A stretch of 64,000 nucleotides of DNA from Acidimicrobiales bacterium (GCA_041394245.1 JAWKIR010000002.1:1412305-1476304); one strand, 5' to 3'; positions 18,076-28,254 are shown, counted from the first letter of the stretch. The notes: generated by a model from the letters alone, not told the origin. Numbers and translations: made by a program.

Positions 18076-19143
18076 GTGAAGCGCCGTCTCCTGATCTCCC
18101 TCGCCTCGATCGCCCTCCTGCTCACCTCGTGCGCCGACGACGCCACCACGACCTCGCCGATCGGTACCAGCACGACCTCGACCCCGGCCACGACGTCGCC
18201 GCCCACGACCCCCACGTCGTCATCGCCAACGACCCCGCCGACGACACCGACAACGACCACCACGACGGTTCCCGCCCCGCTGTGCGACCCGAGCGGTCCC
18301 CTGGCCGTGATCGAGGGCGCCTTGGCGACGGCCCGGCTGGCGGTACCGACCGGATGGGACACCGACCCGACCGACACGTCGTTCGCCGAACGCACCGCAA
18401 CCGGCGAGCTCTACGCCGAACGCCTCGGCCTCGACTGTGGGCTGCTCCTCGCGGCCGACGACACCACCGGGCAATGGCTCGTCGTTGCGGCGTGGACCGG
18501 CCGACGTGCGGCGTTCGCAGTGCAGACGACCGCTCGACCGTCGGAGCCGTTCCGGGCCCAGGCGGTGGTGCGCCTCCCGGTCGGCGACCTCACCGGCGAG
18601 TACCTGTCCGACGACATGTCGCTGTGGGGCGTCTCCGGCGCCGATGACGAATCGATCGTGATCGGCCATGCCGACTACTCCTTCGGCCCCGCTGCGAAGG
18701 ACTGGGACTCCGGAACCCGCGACTTCTTCGAGCCCGAGATCAGCGTCCCGGCCGAGCAGCACGCCCTCGATGCCCTGGAGGCCGCCGGCATGCGCAACGT
18801 GGGTATCGCCCAGCCCACCGAGGTCGGCAGCGAGGAAGGCTATGCCCAGTTCATCTCGACCACCGGGCAGATCTCGGTGGCCGACGTCGCACCGACCGGC
18901 TGGTTCGACCCCATGACGCCGCGCTACTACACGGGCGAGACGAGCATCGAGACGATCGGAGGCGTCGACGTGCGCGTCACCCTGCCGAAGCCCGACGACA
19001 ACCTCGGCTTCGTCCAGGCCGCCGAAGTCGCGTTCGCCTGCGACGACTACGTGTGGCTCCTCGAACCACCCTTCAACGGGACGGCCGACGAGATGGTCGC
19101 CTCCGCCGCTGCCGTCATCGGCACCGAGGAGTGTCGGGGCTGA
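18076..19143 (+). CDS. hypothetical lipoprotein with a Thr/Pro-rich linker
   Basis: GTG start. Lipobox LLTSC followed by TTTSPIGTSTTSTPATTSPPTTPTSSSPTTPPTTPTTTTTT. No domain recognised. Confidence 0.55.
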   Translation: MKRRLLISLASIALLLTSCADDATTTSPIGTSTTSTPATTSPPTTPTSSSPTTPPTTPTTTTTTVPAPLCDPSGPLAVIEGALATARLAVPTGWDTDPTDTSFAERTATGELYAERLGLDCGLLLAADDTTGQWLVVAAWTGRRAAFAVQTTARPSEPFRAQAVVRLPVGDLTGEYLSDDMSLWGVSGADDESIVIGHADYSFGPAAKDWDSGTRDFFEPEISVPAEQHALDALEAAGMRNVGIAQPTEVGSEEGYAQFISTTGQISVADVAPTGWFDPMTPRYYTGETSIETIGGVDVRVTLPKPDDNLGFVQAAEVAFACDDYVWLLEPPFNGTADEMVASAAAVIGTEECRG

Positions 19144-19152
19144 GAGCCGGGT

Positions 19153-19593
19153 TCAGCCGCTGATGTCGGCGAACGCGGTCACCCGGTCGGGCCGGAGGCG
19201 CACGAGCCACTCGTCGTCGCCACCGTTGCGGGCACCGAAGTCCTCCGCTCTGTCCGCACCCATGTAGCGACCGCCGATACGGGTCGCGAACGCCAGGCGG
19301 GTCGTCGGTTCGTCGATGAGTTCGACCTGGCCGTCGATCTTCACGAAGCCGTACGGCGGGTGCTCCTCGTCGACCACGAGCGACACCCGAGGGTCTCGGG
19401 CGAACGCCTTCGCCTTGCCGGATGCCCTCGCGGTGTTGAACACGAGATCGAAGCCGGCGTCGTGCTCATCGAGCACGAACCAGACCGGGGTCACGGCAGG
19501 CCGACCCGATTTCGTCACCCATGCGAGCTTTCCCGTGCGGGTGCCCGTTGCCAGAAACGCCCGGGTCTCCTCGTCGTCGAGCGGTCGCGCCAT
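19153..19593 (-). CDS. PPOX-class (pyridoxamine 5'-phosphate oxidase fold) probable F420-dependent enzyme
   Basis: 146 aa. ..TGKLAWVTKSGRPAVTPVWFVLD.. split-barrel signature. Confidence 0.75.
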   Translation of the reverse strand: MARPLDDEETRAFLATGTRTGKLAWVTKSGRPAVTPVWFVLDEHDAGFDLVFNTARASGKAKAFARDPRVSLVVDEEHPPYGFVKIDGQVELIDEPTTRLAFATRIGGRYMGADRAEDFGARNGGDDEWLVRLRPDRVTAFADISG

Positions 19594-19672
19594 GACCCGA
19601 CTGTAGGCCCGGGTCGGTTCCGCGGGCCATCGGCTTCGCTAGTGTCGGCCGGACACGGCGAGAGGAGACCCC

Positions 19673-20602
19673 ATGCGGCCGTTCCGTTTCGGTGTCCAGA
19701 TCAACACGACCACGCCCGGCATGACCTGGGCCGACACCGCACGGCGGGTCGAGGACCTCGGGTTCTCGACCCTCGTCATGCCGGACCACTTCGAGGACCA
19801 GCTCGCGGTTGCCCCGGCCCTTGCCGTCGCCGCGCAGGCGACCACGACACTGCGCGTGGGCGCGCTCGTGTTCGGCAACGACTATCGCCATCCCGTCGTG
19901 CTCGCCAAGGACATGGCGACCCTCGACGTGCTGTCCGACGGCCGGATGGAGTTCGGCATCGGCGCCGGCTGGATGCGCTCCGACTACGACGCTGCGGGCA
20001 TGTCCTATGACCGACCCGGGGAACGCATCGACCGGATGCTGGAGTCGATCGAGATCATCAGAGGCCTCTTCGGCGACGGTCCCGTCGACTTCGCCGGCGA
20101 CCACTACACCATCTCGGGTCTCGACGGGCTCCCGAAGCCGGTGCAGACCCCTCCCCCGCTGCTGATCGGTGGCGGCGGGAAACGCATGTTGACCATCGCC
20201 GCGCAACACGCCGACATCGTGGGGGTCACCGCCAATCTGAAGGCCGGCGAGATCGGCCCCGATGCCGTGGCCGACATCACCCCCGCCCGGTTCGACGAGA
20301 AGCTCGAGTGGGTGCGCGACGCCGCCGGCGACCGCATGGCCGACATCGAACTCAACTCGCTCGTGATGTCGACGCAGGTGGTCGATGACCAGCAGGCGGC
20401 GATCGAGGGCACCGCCGCCCTGTTCGGACTCGACCCGGCCGAGGCCGCGGCGAGTCCGATCCTCCTGGTCGGCTCGCCGGATCAGATCGTCCGCCAGCTC
20501 GAGGAACGGCGTGAACGGTGGGGCTTCAGCTACTTCATCGTGCAGGGACTCGACACCGCCATCGCCCTCGAGCCGGTGGTGGCCCGCCTGGCCGGCGGCT
20601 GA
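19673..20602 (+). CDS. LLM-class (luciferase-like) F420-dependent oxidoreductase
   Basis: MRPFRFGVQ.., ..STLVMPDHF.., ..EFGIGAGW.. typical of the LLM family. Divergent from the PPOX gene. Confidence 0.8.
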   Translation: MRPFRFGVQINTTTPGMTWADTARRVEDLGFSTLVMPDHFEDQLAVAPALAVAAQATTTLRVGALVFGNDYRHPVVLAKDMATLDVLSDGRMEFGIGAGWMRSDYDAAGMSYDRPGERIDRMLESIEIIRGLFGDGPVDFAGDHYTISGLDGLPKPVQTPPPLLIGGGGKRMLTIAAQHADIVGVTANLKAGEIGPDAVADITPARFDEKLEWVRDAAGDRMADIELNSLVMSTQVVDDQQAAIEGTAALFGLDPAEAAASPILLVGSPDQIVRQLEERRERWGFSYFIVQGLDTAIALEPVVARLAGG

Positions 20603-20660
20603 AACCCGGCGACCGGTACCGGTCGCAGCTTTCCACCGGGCGGCGACCGTGACACGCTGA

Positions 20661-23600
20661 GTGGCCGTGATCCGACGTTTCCTCGTACTCATGGTCGCCG
20701 CCGGCCTCGGCGCGACCACCCTCGGCGCAGTCCCCCCTGCGGCCACGGCGGCGGCCGCGCAGGACGGGCGGGTCGTACCCGGCGCCGGACTGCCGCGCCC
20801 ACGCGCAGTGTTCACCCCGGGCTCGGAGGCCGACCTCGCCGCCCGACTCGAGCGGGAGCCCTATCGGAGCATCTTCCTCGACGCACACGCGCTCCACGAG
20901 GCCCGCCGCCTGAGTCGCACGCCCGGCGATCCGGATCGCAACGCCCAGAAGGACATGGCACGGGCCGCACGCTTCCTCGCCTTCGCCTACGCGCTCGACC
21001 GCACGGTCATCAACGGCGAGATCGTCCCCTTTCCCGACGACGCGACCCGCCGCGCAGCCGGCGAGATCGTGGAGGAACTCCTCCTCGGGCTCTTCAACCG
21101 CAGCCGTTTCGCCGTACCGCCGCCGATCGGCGGATGGGATCGCGACATCGACACCGCCGGCGAGATCCTCCAGTGGTCGGGGGCCTTCGACACCATGCTC
21201 GGTGCCGGTTACGACTTCGGCGGCAACGACCGGACGATCGCCGACCTGCTGATCGATCTCACCAGTGAGCTGTATCGGAACTACACGGACCCGGCGACCG
21301 CGGGTGGCGTCGCCAACCTCCACCAGAACAACCATCGATCGAAGAGCGGTGCCGCGATGGCAACCGCCGCGGTCGTCCTCGCCGAGTACGCACCCGGCGC
21401 GGCCGACGACCCCGACGGCAGCCGCGACCCACTGAAATGGTGGGACTATGGCACCACCCAGGTCGACGAGGCGCTGCGCCACATCCTCGTCACCGGCGAC
21501 GGCGCCTACTCCGAGGGGCCCCACTACCAGCGATTCACCACCGAGACGATGGCGCCGTTCTTCGGAATGTGGGACCGCATCCTCGGCGACGACGGCTGGA
21601 CGACCGCCGACGGGCGTCGCATCCCGGCGATCCACACGACCGCCCAGTTCGGTCTCACGCAGGACTGGATGCTCGCGCTCACCCTCCCCGACGGCACCCT
21701 CGCACCGATCGACGACTCCAACACCGATGAAGCCCACTACTTCGGCGCGCTGCCCGTGCTCCCCAACCGGGCCGCGTATGCCTGGAGGTGGGCCACCGCC
21801 GAGCCGGCGTTCGTGTGGGAGGCATCGACCGACCTCGCCGTCGACAGCATCGTGGCGTTCGACGACACGATCGTGCCCGCGCCGCCTGCAGGGTCGCCGA
21901 CCTCGTTCTGGTACGAGGGCGGCAATGCCGTCTTCCGGTCGGACTGGTCACCCGACGCAACGATGGTCATCGCCCAGGGCGAAGGCATCACCGCCTCCCT
22001 GTTCGGCCGCGACTCGACCGGCGCCGGTCGCTCCCCCCAGAGCCACGAACACATCGAGCCCGGCTCGTACCTGCTCTACGCCGAGGGGTCGATGCTCGTG
22101 CTCGACCCGGGCTACCTCAGCTTCGGCGCCCATGGTCAGGTGCTGGAGGCCCGCGACCACAACATGGTGCTCGTCGACGGCGTCGGACCCGAGGCGATGC
22201 TGGCCAACTCACTCGACTGGTTGTCCGATCCATACGGACCGCCACCCCAGGACGGGTTCGCGTCGATCCATTCGACCCTCGACACCGACCGCCTCGACAG
22301 TGCCGTCGTCACGACCCGCTACGGCGGCGAGACCGACATCGAGCTGCATCGCCGATTCCTGTTCGTCGACAACCGCTACCTCGTCATCGCCGACGAGATC
22401 ACGCCCGACGGTACCGGGCCGGTCGAACTCGACTGGCTGGTGCACGGCAACGGCGGTGGCAGCAGCGGCGGCACCTACGTGGCCGGCGGTGATGGCGGTA
22501 CCTGGACCCAGGGCGGCGCCCGTCTGACCACCGCGATCGCGACCTCGGTCGGGGCCCCGACGATCACCTCCCGGATCGAGGAGCACGAGTCGCCCACGGA
22601 CCGCGGACTCGCCCTCACCCACGAGGTGCAGTACGCGTCCGTCGACGCGACCGGCCCGGTTCACGCCGTCCAGGTGCTCATCCCCTCGTCGCTGTCCGAC
22701 ACCGCGCCGACCATCGCCACCGGAACCGATGCCGACGGCGCCGTCGTGGTGACGATCGACGATCCCGCCGCCGGTCGAACGGCGACGGTGTCGTGGGTCG
22801 GGGAGGATCTCGCCCTCCTCGACGTGTCATCCGATGCCGGCGACCCGATCGCCTTCGCGACCACCGACCACGTGTCGGCGGGCTCGGTCGACCTGCGAGC
22901 GCCGGGCGCTTCCGCCGTGGGGCTCTCGGCGATCGACCGCGGCGGGTGGGAGGTCATCGCCGACGATCCGGCCCATTCGCTCTACCTCGACGGTGTCGGA
23001 CCAGGACACCTCGACGGTGCGTGCGCTGCGTTCGGTACCGGGTCACAGGTGAGGATCGACCCGAGCGGATCGATCCGGTCCCGTTGGGTGGCCGATCCGC
23101 TCGACGCCCGCCCGGGCGCGGTCGTCGCGGCGGCGCCGTCCAGGGTCGGGGTCGGGACCCGGGTGCCACTCGATGGCCGCCGATCGTGCGACCCGGCCGG
23201 GGACGACCTCACGCCCTCGTGGGAGCTGGTGTCGGCACCGCGGGGTTCCTCGTGGGTACTCGACGGCACCGACGGATGGACACCCACCCTCTCGGTCGAC
23301 GCGACCGGTACGTTCCGGGTGCGCCTCACGGTGACCGACGAGGCGGGCAACGTCTCCGACCCGGTCGAGGTCGTTATCGCCGGCGGCGATCGGTGCGGCG
23401 ACGAACGCGACGACGATCTCGACGGACTCTTCGACGCGGCGGACCCCGACTGCGACGGACCGGAACCGGAACCGGCCGTCGATGCCATCGGCTTCATCAC
23501 GGACACGTCCTATATCGGCGCGATCGAGACATCGCCCGACCGAGCGGACGTGCGACGCGATCCGAGCGGCGCGATCGACTCGATCGCGATGACCGCAGTC

Positions 23601-23807
23601 GAGGGTTCCCGCGTGATGGCTGCGTACCTCCACACCGGTCACGACCCGGAGCGGGCCACGGGATTGGTCGTGCTCATCGACCCCGACTCCGGCCTGTTCC
23701 GTATCCGGTTCTGGAACGGTCGCATCATCGAGATACGTCCGGGTGTGATCGGCGGAATCGACGATGCCGCGTCGATGATCTGGATCGTCGTCGACGAACG
23801 TTCGTAG
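20661..23807 (+). CDS. secreted heparinase II/III-like (alginate-lyase-like) polysaccharide lyase family protein with a PKD-like domain and a C-terminal unknown domain
   Basis: Signal peptide. NNHRSKSG.. lyase-like N-domain. SHEHIEPGSYLLY..LDPGY (heparinase II/III-type H-x-H motif). PKD-like ..TPTLSVDATGTFRVRLTVTDEAGNVSDPVEVVI. Asp-rich CGDERDDDLDGLFDAADPDCDG. Confidence 0.55.
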   Translation: MAVIRRFLVLMVAAGLGATTLGAVPPAATAAAAQDGRVVPGAGLPRPRAVFTPGSEADLAARLEREPYRSIFLDAHALHEARRLSRTPGDPDRNAQKDMARAARFLAFAYALDRTVINGEIVPFPDDATRRAAGEIVEELLLGLFNRSRFAVPPPIGGWDRDIDTAGEILQWSGAFDTMLGAGYDFGGNDRTIADLLIDLTSELYRNYTDPATAGGVANLHQNNHRSKSGAAMATAAVVLAEYAPGAADDPDGSRDPLKWWDYGTTQVDEALRHILVTGDGAYSEGPHYQRFTTETMAPFFGMWDRILGDDGWTTADGRRIPAIHTTAQFGLTQDWMLALTLPDGTLAPIDDSNTDEAHYFGALPVLPNRAAYAWRWATAEPAFVWEASTDLAVDSIVAFDDTIVPAPPAGSPTSFWYEGGNAVFRSDWSPDATMVIAQGEGITASLFGRDSTGAGRSPQSHEHIEPGSYLLYAEGSMLVLDPGYLSFGAHGQVLEARDHNMVLVDGVGPEAMLANSLDWLSDPYGPPPQDGFASIHSTLDTDRLDSAVVTTRYGGETDIELHRRFLFVDNRYLVIADEITPDGTGPVELDWLVHGNGGGSSGGTYVAGGDGGTWTQGGARLTTAIATSVGAPTITSRIEEHESPTDRGLALTHEVQYASVDATGPVHAVQVLIPSSLSDTAPTIATGTDADGAVVVTIDDPAAGRTATVSWVGEDLALLDVSSDAGDPIAFATTDHVSAGSVDLRAPGASAVGLSAIDRGGWEVIADDPAHSLYLDGVGPGHLDGACAAFGTGSQVRIDPSGSIRSRWVADPLDARPGAVVAAAPSRVGVGTRVPLDGRRSCDPAGDDLTPSWELVSAPRGSSWVLDGTDGWTPTLSVDATGTFRVRLTVTDEAGNVSDPVEVVIAGGDRCGDERDDDLDGLFDAADPDCDGPEPEPAVDAIGFITDTSYIGAIETSPDRADVRRDPSGAIDSIAMTAVEGSRVMAAYLHTGHDPERATGLVVLIDPDSGLFRIRFWNGRIIEIRPGVIGGIDDAASMIWIVVDERS

Positions 23808-23836
23808 CCGCCGAAGATCCGACAGCGCGGGAATAC

Positions 23837-23880
23837 GTCAACTTTGACATGGTTGTACGTTCTGATACGTCAATCTTGAC
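23837..23880. promoter_or_regulatory. two palindromic operator-like sites upstream of yceI-marR
   Basis: GTCAActTTGAC (23837-48) and GTCAAtcTTGAC (23869-80), each inside a repeated ATACGTCAA..TTGAC context. Centres are 32 bp apart. Confidence 0.5.
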
Positions 23881-23915
23881 GCATCTCCGTCACACCGACC
23901 GAAAGCACGTTCACC

Positions 23916-24473
23916 ATGAGCACCACCACCTCCTCCCTCCCCCTCACCTCCGGCACCTGGCCGGTCGACGCGGCGCACAGCAGTGTCGAATTCACCGTGC
24001 GCCACCTCGGCCTCAGCAAGGTCCGCGGCCGCTTCAACGACTTCGACGCCACGCTGACCGTGGGCAGCTCGCTCGACGACGTCGCCGTCACGGCCACGAT
24101 CGGCCTCGCCAGCGTCGACACCAACAACGCCGACCGCGATGCCCATCTGCGCAGCACCGACTTCTTCGACACCGAGAGCCACCCTCGCATGACCTTCGTG
24201 TCGACCGCCATCACCGATCGCGGCGACGGCTCCTACGGTCTCACCGGCGACCTGTCCCTCAACGGCGTCACCCAGACCGTGGTCCTCGATGTCGAGTTCA
24301 ACGGCACCGAGGACTACCCGATGGACGGGTCGGTCCACGCAGGCTTCTCGGCGACCGGCGTGTTGTCGCGCAAGTCATTCGGGATCGAGTTCGACGTGCC
24401 GCTCGGGGCCGACAAGGTGGCCATCGGCGACAAGGTCAACCTCGATCTCGAGATCCAGTTCGTCCGGCCGTGA
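23916..24473 (+). CDS. YceI family protein
   Basis: ..WPVDAAHSSVEFTVRHLGLSKVRGRF..DRDAHLRS.DFFD... Confidence 0.85.
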   Translation: MSTTTSSLPLTSGTWPVDAAHSSVEFTVRHLGLSKVRGRFNDFDATLTVGSSLDDVAVTATIGLASVDTNNADRDAHLRSTDFFDTESHPRMTFVSTAITDRGDGSYGLTGDLSLNGVTQTVVLDVEFNGTEDYPMDGSVHAGFSATGVLSRKSFGIEFDVPLGADKVAIGDKVNLDLEIQFVRP

Positions 24474-24514
24474 ACACCGGAGCCGGGGCGGAGCCCCCAC
24501 CCGTCCCGGCTCCC

Positions 24515-25042
24515 ATGGCCTCAACTAGATTGCCGCCCGTGGGGAACAACGGCCGCGAAGCCGACGTGCAATGGCTCGACGACGACGAGCAGGCGGCCTG
24601 GTGGGCGCTGCTGGAAGTCGGCTCGGGCCTCTTCGACGCGTTGTCGGCAGATCTGCGCAGGATCGCCGACCTCACCCTCGAGGACTACGAGGTCCTCCAC
24701 CTGCTGTCGTCCCAGGAACACCACCGGCTGCGCATCGGCCGACTCGCCGACGAGATGCTCTCGAGCCGGACCCGGTTGTCGCAGCGGATCGACCGACTCA
24801 CCGAGCGCGGGCTCGTCGGCCGGGAACGCTGCCCGTCCGACGGACGAGCGATCAACGTCGTGCTCACCGACCGGGGCCACGCGCTGCTCGTCGACATCGC
24901 TCCGCGCCACCTCGAGTCGGTGCGCCACCATGTCTTCGATCAACTCGACCCGGACGACGTGACGGCGATGGCAACCGGTCTGGGCAAGGTCGCCGAGCAC
25001 CTCCACGCCCTGCGGGCCGGCGAAAAGCCCGCCGGCTGCTGA
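24515..25042 (+). CDS. MarR family transcriptional regulator
   Basis: ..LTLEDYEVLHLLS..RIGRLADEMLSSRTRLSQRIDRLTERGLV.R..DGRAINV.LT. Alternative GTG start at 24566. Confidence 0.8.
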   Translation: MASTRLPPVGNNGREADVQWLDDDEQAAWWALLEVGSGLFDALSADLRRIADLTLEDYEVLHLLSSQEHHRLRIGRLADEMLSSRTRLSQRIDRLTERGLVGRERCPSDGRAINVVLTDRGHALLVDIAPRHLESVRHHVFDQLDPDDVTAMATGLGKVAEHLHALRAGEKPAGC

Positions 25043-25045
25043 TCC

Positions 25046-26638
25046 CTAGGCGGGGACTGCGGCCGCGTCCGCTTCGGCGACGAGCTGTTCGACGCCCTCC
25101 GGCAGCAGGAACCCGGCATCGGCCGCCGCCTGCGCCGACTCCCGCACCTGGGTCACATAGTCCTCATGGGTCGGATAGCGCGCCGCCAGCACCTCCGCGT
25201 CGAGCGGTGTGGTCGACCCGAACAACGAGCAGATCACGCTCGCGCCGGGCCGGCTCTCACCCGTGTGGACGGCCCGGGGGACGTCGACGTCGGGCGTCCG
25301 GATCCCCCCGAGCGCGATGCCGAGCTCGTCGCGGGCGATGCGACCATCGACGATCTCGAGCTCGGGTGCCGCGGCGGGCGGCGTGCCGTCGACCACCCAT
25401 GCCACCAGGTCGCTCCAGGCTCGGCGCAACACCACCGGCTGTGGACCCTCGTTGATCGGGCCGCACAGCTCGGTGAAGTCGGGAAGCACGCGATCGGGTT
25501 CGATCTCCCGACCGGACGCGTTGCCCCACACGAGCTGCGAGATGTCGGCGTGGGCGGCACCCGCGACCTCCCACGTCACCAGGAGGTCGGTGTCGGGCTG
25601 GCGAGCCGCGAACGCTCGGGCGACATCAGTCTCCGTCTGGAACCACAGGATCGGGTCGGCGAGGTCGGTCCGGAAGTTGAGGACCGCCGGCCCCGAGGCC
25701 CCGGCCGCGAGCGCGGCGCCGCCGAGGCGGCTGTGCACGAGGAACCCGTCGTAGATGTCGGCGAGCGGGTGCACGCCGTTGATGTAGGTCGTCAACCGGC
25801 CGGCCGACTGTGATTCGCCGAGGGCGATGACGTGCTCGGGCTGCACGCCACCGAGCGGGTCGGCACCGTCGGGTCGGCGGATCGCCTGCGCCGCCTGGGA
25901 GAAGATGTCGTAGGAGAAATCGTCGCCCGGATGCTCGATCGGGGCATAGCGGGTGGGATCGGCGGTCTTGATGGGAGTGGCGGTGACGCCGGGGATCGGG
26001 ATGCCGATGCCGGGCCCGTCGACCCCGGAGAACTGCGCCGACACGCCCACCCAGGTCGTGCCCCGGCCCATGAGCTCGGGATAGAGGAAACCGAAGTCGG
26101 GATCGGCGTCCTGCCCGCCCGAGACGTTGAGCCATTCGATGCCGACGACACCGTTCGCGTCGGTGGGATCGGCCGGACGACGCACGAGGATCCGCGTCGT
26201 GAACGGCGCCGTGGCGGCTGGCTCGACCTCCCACATGCCGTCCTGGCCGAGCTCGCCGACCGGGGCGTAGCTCGTCGCCTCGCCGCTGATGAAGAACTCC
26301 TCCTCGACGTAGCCATACTCGTCGAGCACCTCGCGGGGCGCAGGGTTCGCGGGCAGACCGCCACGATCGCCGCCGGTGACGGGTCCCTCGACCGTCGCCA
26401 CGGCGACCGCATCGCCGCGCACGGGCATCGTCGTCGTCGTGGTGACGGTGGGCGTCGGGGCAACCGTCGTCGTCGCGTCCGCGATCGTCGTGGTGCTGTC
26501 GGCGATCGCCTCCGACCCGCTGCCGCCGCCCGAGCACGCACCCGCCAGGAGCACGAGGGCGATCGCCGGCGCCGACCATCGGTACACGACCGTCGGGCGA
26601 GCACACGACGGGAGGGTGTGAGGATGAGCACGGCGCAT
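25046..26638 (-). CDS. secreted alpha/beta-hydrolase-domain lipoprotein (intact paralogue of 967-2362)
   Basis: Start MRRAHPH (cat at 26636-38). Lipobox LLAGAC, Thr-rich linker, GESQSAG nucleophile-elbow-like motif. Colinear with the frameshifted copy. Confidence 0.65.
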   Translation of the reverse strand: MRRAHPHTLPSCARPTVVYRWSAPAIALVLLAGACSGGGSGSEAIADSTTTIADATTTVAPTPTVTTTTTMPVRGDAVAVATVEGPVTGGDRGGLPANPAPREVLDEYGYVEEEFFISGEATSYAPVGELGQDGMWEVEPAATAPFTTRILVRRPADPTDANGVVGIEWLNVSGGQDADPDFGFLYPELMGRGTTWVGVSAQFSGVDGPGIGIPIPGVTATPIKTADPTRYAPIEHPGDDFSYDIFSQAAQAIRRPDGADPLGGVQPEHVIALGESQSAGRLTTYINGVHPLADIYDGFLVHSRLGGAALAAGASGPAVLNFRTDLADPILWFQTETDVARAFAARQPDTDLLVTWEVAGAAHADISQLVWGNASGREIEPDRVLPDFTELCGPINEGPQPVVLRRAWSDLVAWVVDGTPPAAAPELEIVDGRIARDELGIALGGIRTPDVDVPRAVHTGESRPGASVICSLFGSTTPLDAEVLAARYPTHEDYVTQVRESAQAAADAGFLLPEGVEQLVAEADAAAVPA

Positions 26639-26706
26639 ACCGAGACGATAATCCCGGAACTTCGGTCGATTTGTGGCCCCTGGCTGCCCGGGGCGACGCT
26701 TCCCCC

Positions 26707-28254
26707 ATGCACCGCCTCCGGATCCTGCTCGCCGTCGTCCTCCTGGCCGCCGCATGCGGCACCGACGACCCGCTCGAGAACCTCGCCGCCACGCCCACAT
26801 CGCCCGTCGCCACGTCGACCACGGTCGGCGCCGACACGCCGCCGGTCTCGATGCCCGATGCCACCGAACCCCGCGACTGGGCGCTCCCGGGCGCCGACTA
26901 CCACAACTCGCGGCAGGCGATCGGCTCCTCGATCGATGCCGGCACCGTCGAACTGCTGGCCCGGGCGTGGTCCGCGGAGATGGCCGGCCCGCTCTCCACC
27001 GTGCCGATCGTGGTCGACGGCGTGGTCTATGCCCAGGCGGGCAACGGCGCAGTGAGCGCCATAGACGCGTCGACGGGCGAGGTGCGGTGGACGAGCGCAC
27101 CGACGGGATTCAACATCGGACCGTTCGGCGCAGCGGTGGCCGATGGTCGGGTCTTCGCCGTCTACGGGTCGACCGGTGTGGTCGCCCTCGACGCCGCCAC
27201 CGGCGACGAGGTCTGGGTCGCCGAGATCACCGCAACCCCGACGACGGGCATCGACATCCAGCCGGTCGTCTACGACGGGCTCGTGTTCGTCAGCACCGTG
27301 CCCGTGAGCATCAGCGGCATCTATGTCGGCGGGGATCGCGGTGTGCTCCATGCACTGGACGCGGCGACCGGTGAGGTGGTGTGGACGTTCGACACGGTCC
27401 TCGGCGACGACCTGTGGGGCAACCCCGACGTGAACTCCGGCGGCGGGTCCTGGTATCCGCCCGCGATCGATCCCGAACGGGGTCTCGTCTATTGGGGCGT
27501 GGCCAACCCGGCGCCGTTCCCCGGCACCGCCGAGTTCCCCAACGGCTCGAGCCGACCGGGTCCCAACCTCTACACGAACTCCGCGGTGGCGCTCGACATC
27601 GCGACGGGTGAGCTGCAGTGGTACCACCAGGTCATCCCGCACGACATCTTCGACCGCGACCTGGTCCACACGATGATCGTCGACCTCGCCGACGGGTCCG
27701 ACCTCGTCGTCGCCACCGGCAAGGGGGCGACCGTCGTCGGCATCGACCCCGACACCGGAGCGCCGCTGTGGGAGACACCGGTCGGTCGCCACGAGAACGA
27801 CGAACTCGACGAGATCGCTGCGGGGACGACCGTCTACCCGGGCACGTACGGCGGGGTGCTCACCCCACCGGCCTCGGCCGACGGAACCGTCTACGTCGCC
27901 ACACTCAACGCGCCGTCGACGCTCTCCCCCGACGCGACCTTCTACTTCGGGGGCGACCTGGGCACGGAACCCGGTGAGGTCGTGGCGATCGACGCGGCCT
28001 CCGGCGGCGTCCTCTGGGCCACCTCGGTTCCCGGCGATCCGTTGGGCGGTGTGGCCGTCGTCAACGACCTGCTCCTCACCGCGCTGCTCGACGGCACCGT
28101 GCTCGCGCTCTCGCGAGCCACCGGTGAGATCGTCCACGAGCTGAGCGCTCCCGGCGGGATCAACGGCTGGATGTCGGTGGTCGACGACACGATCTACGTG
28201 CCGGTGGGCCAGGCGTCGCCGCCACAGATCGTCGCGTACCGGGTCCCGGGCTGA
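26707..28254 (+). CDS. PQQ-like beta-propeller lipoprotein (quinoprotein dehydrogenase-like)
   Basis: Lipobox LLAAAC. Seven A(L/I)DAxTGxxxW-type blade motifs. PHDIFDRD resembles the quinoprotein P-H-D-x-W-D-x-D motif. Confidence 0.65.
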   Translation: MHRLRILLAVVLLAAACGTDDPLENLAATPTSPVATSTTVGADTPPVSMPDATEPRDWALPGADYHNSRQAIGSSIDAGTVELLARAWSAEMAGPLSTVPIVVDGVVYAQAGNGAVSAIDASTGEVRWTSAPTGFNIGPFGAAVADGRVFAVYGSTGVVALDAATGDEVWVAEITATPTTGIDIQPVVYDGLVFVSTVPVSISGIYVGGDRGVLHALDAATGEVVWTFDTVLGDDLWGNPDVNSGGGSWYPPAIDPERGLVYWGVANPAPFPGTAEFPNGSSRPGPNLYTNSAVALDIATGELQWYHQVIPHDIFDRDLVHTMIVDLADGSDLVVATGKGATVVGIDPDTGAPLWETPVGRHENDELDEIAAGTTVYPGTYGGVLTPPASADGTVYVATLNAPSTLSPDATFYFGGDLGTEPGEVVAIDAASGGVLWATSVPGDPLGGVAVVNDLLLTALLDGTVLALSRATGEIVHELSAPGGINGWMSVVDDTIYVPVGQASPPQIVAYRVPG

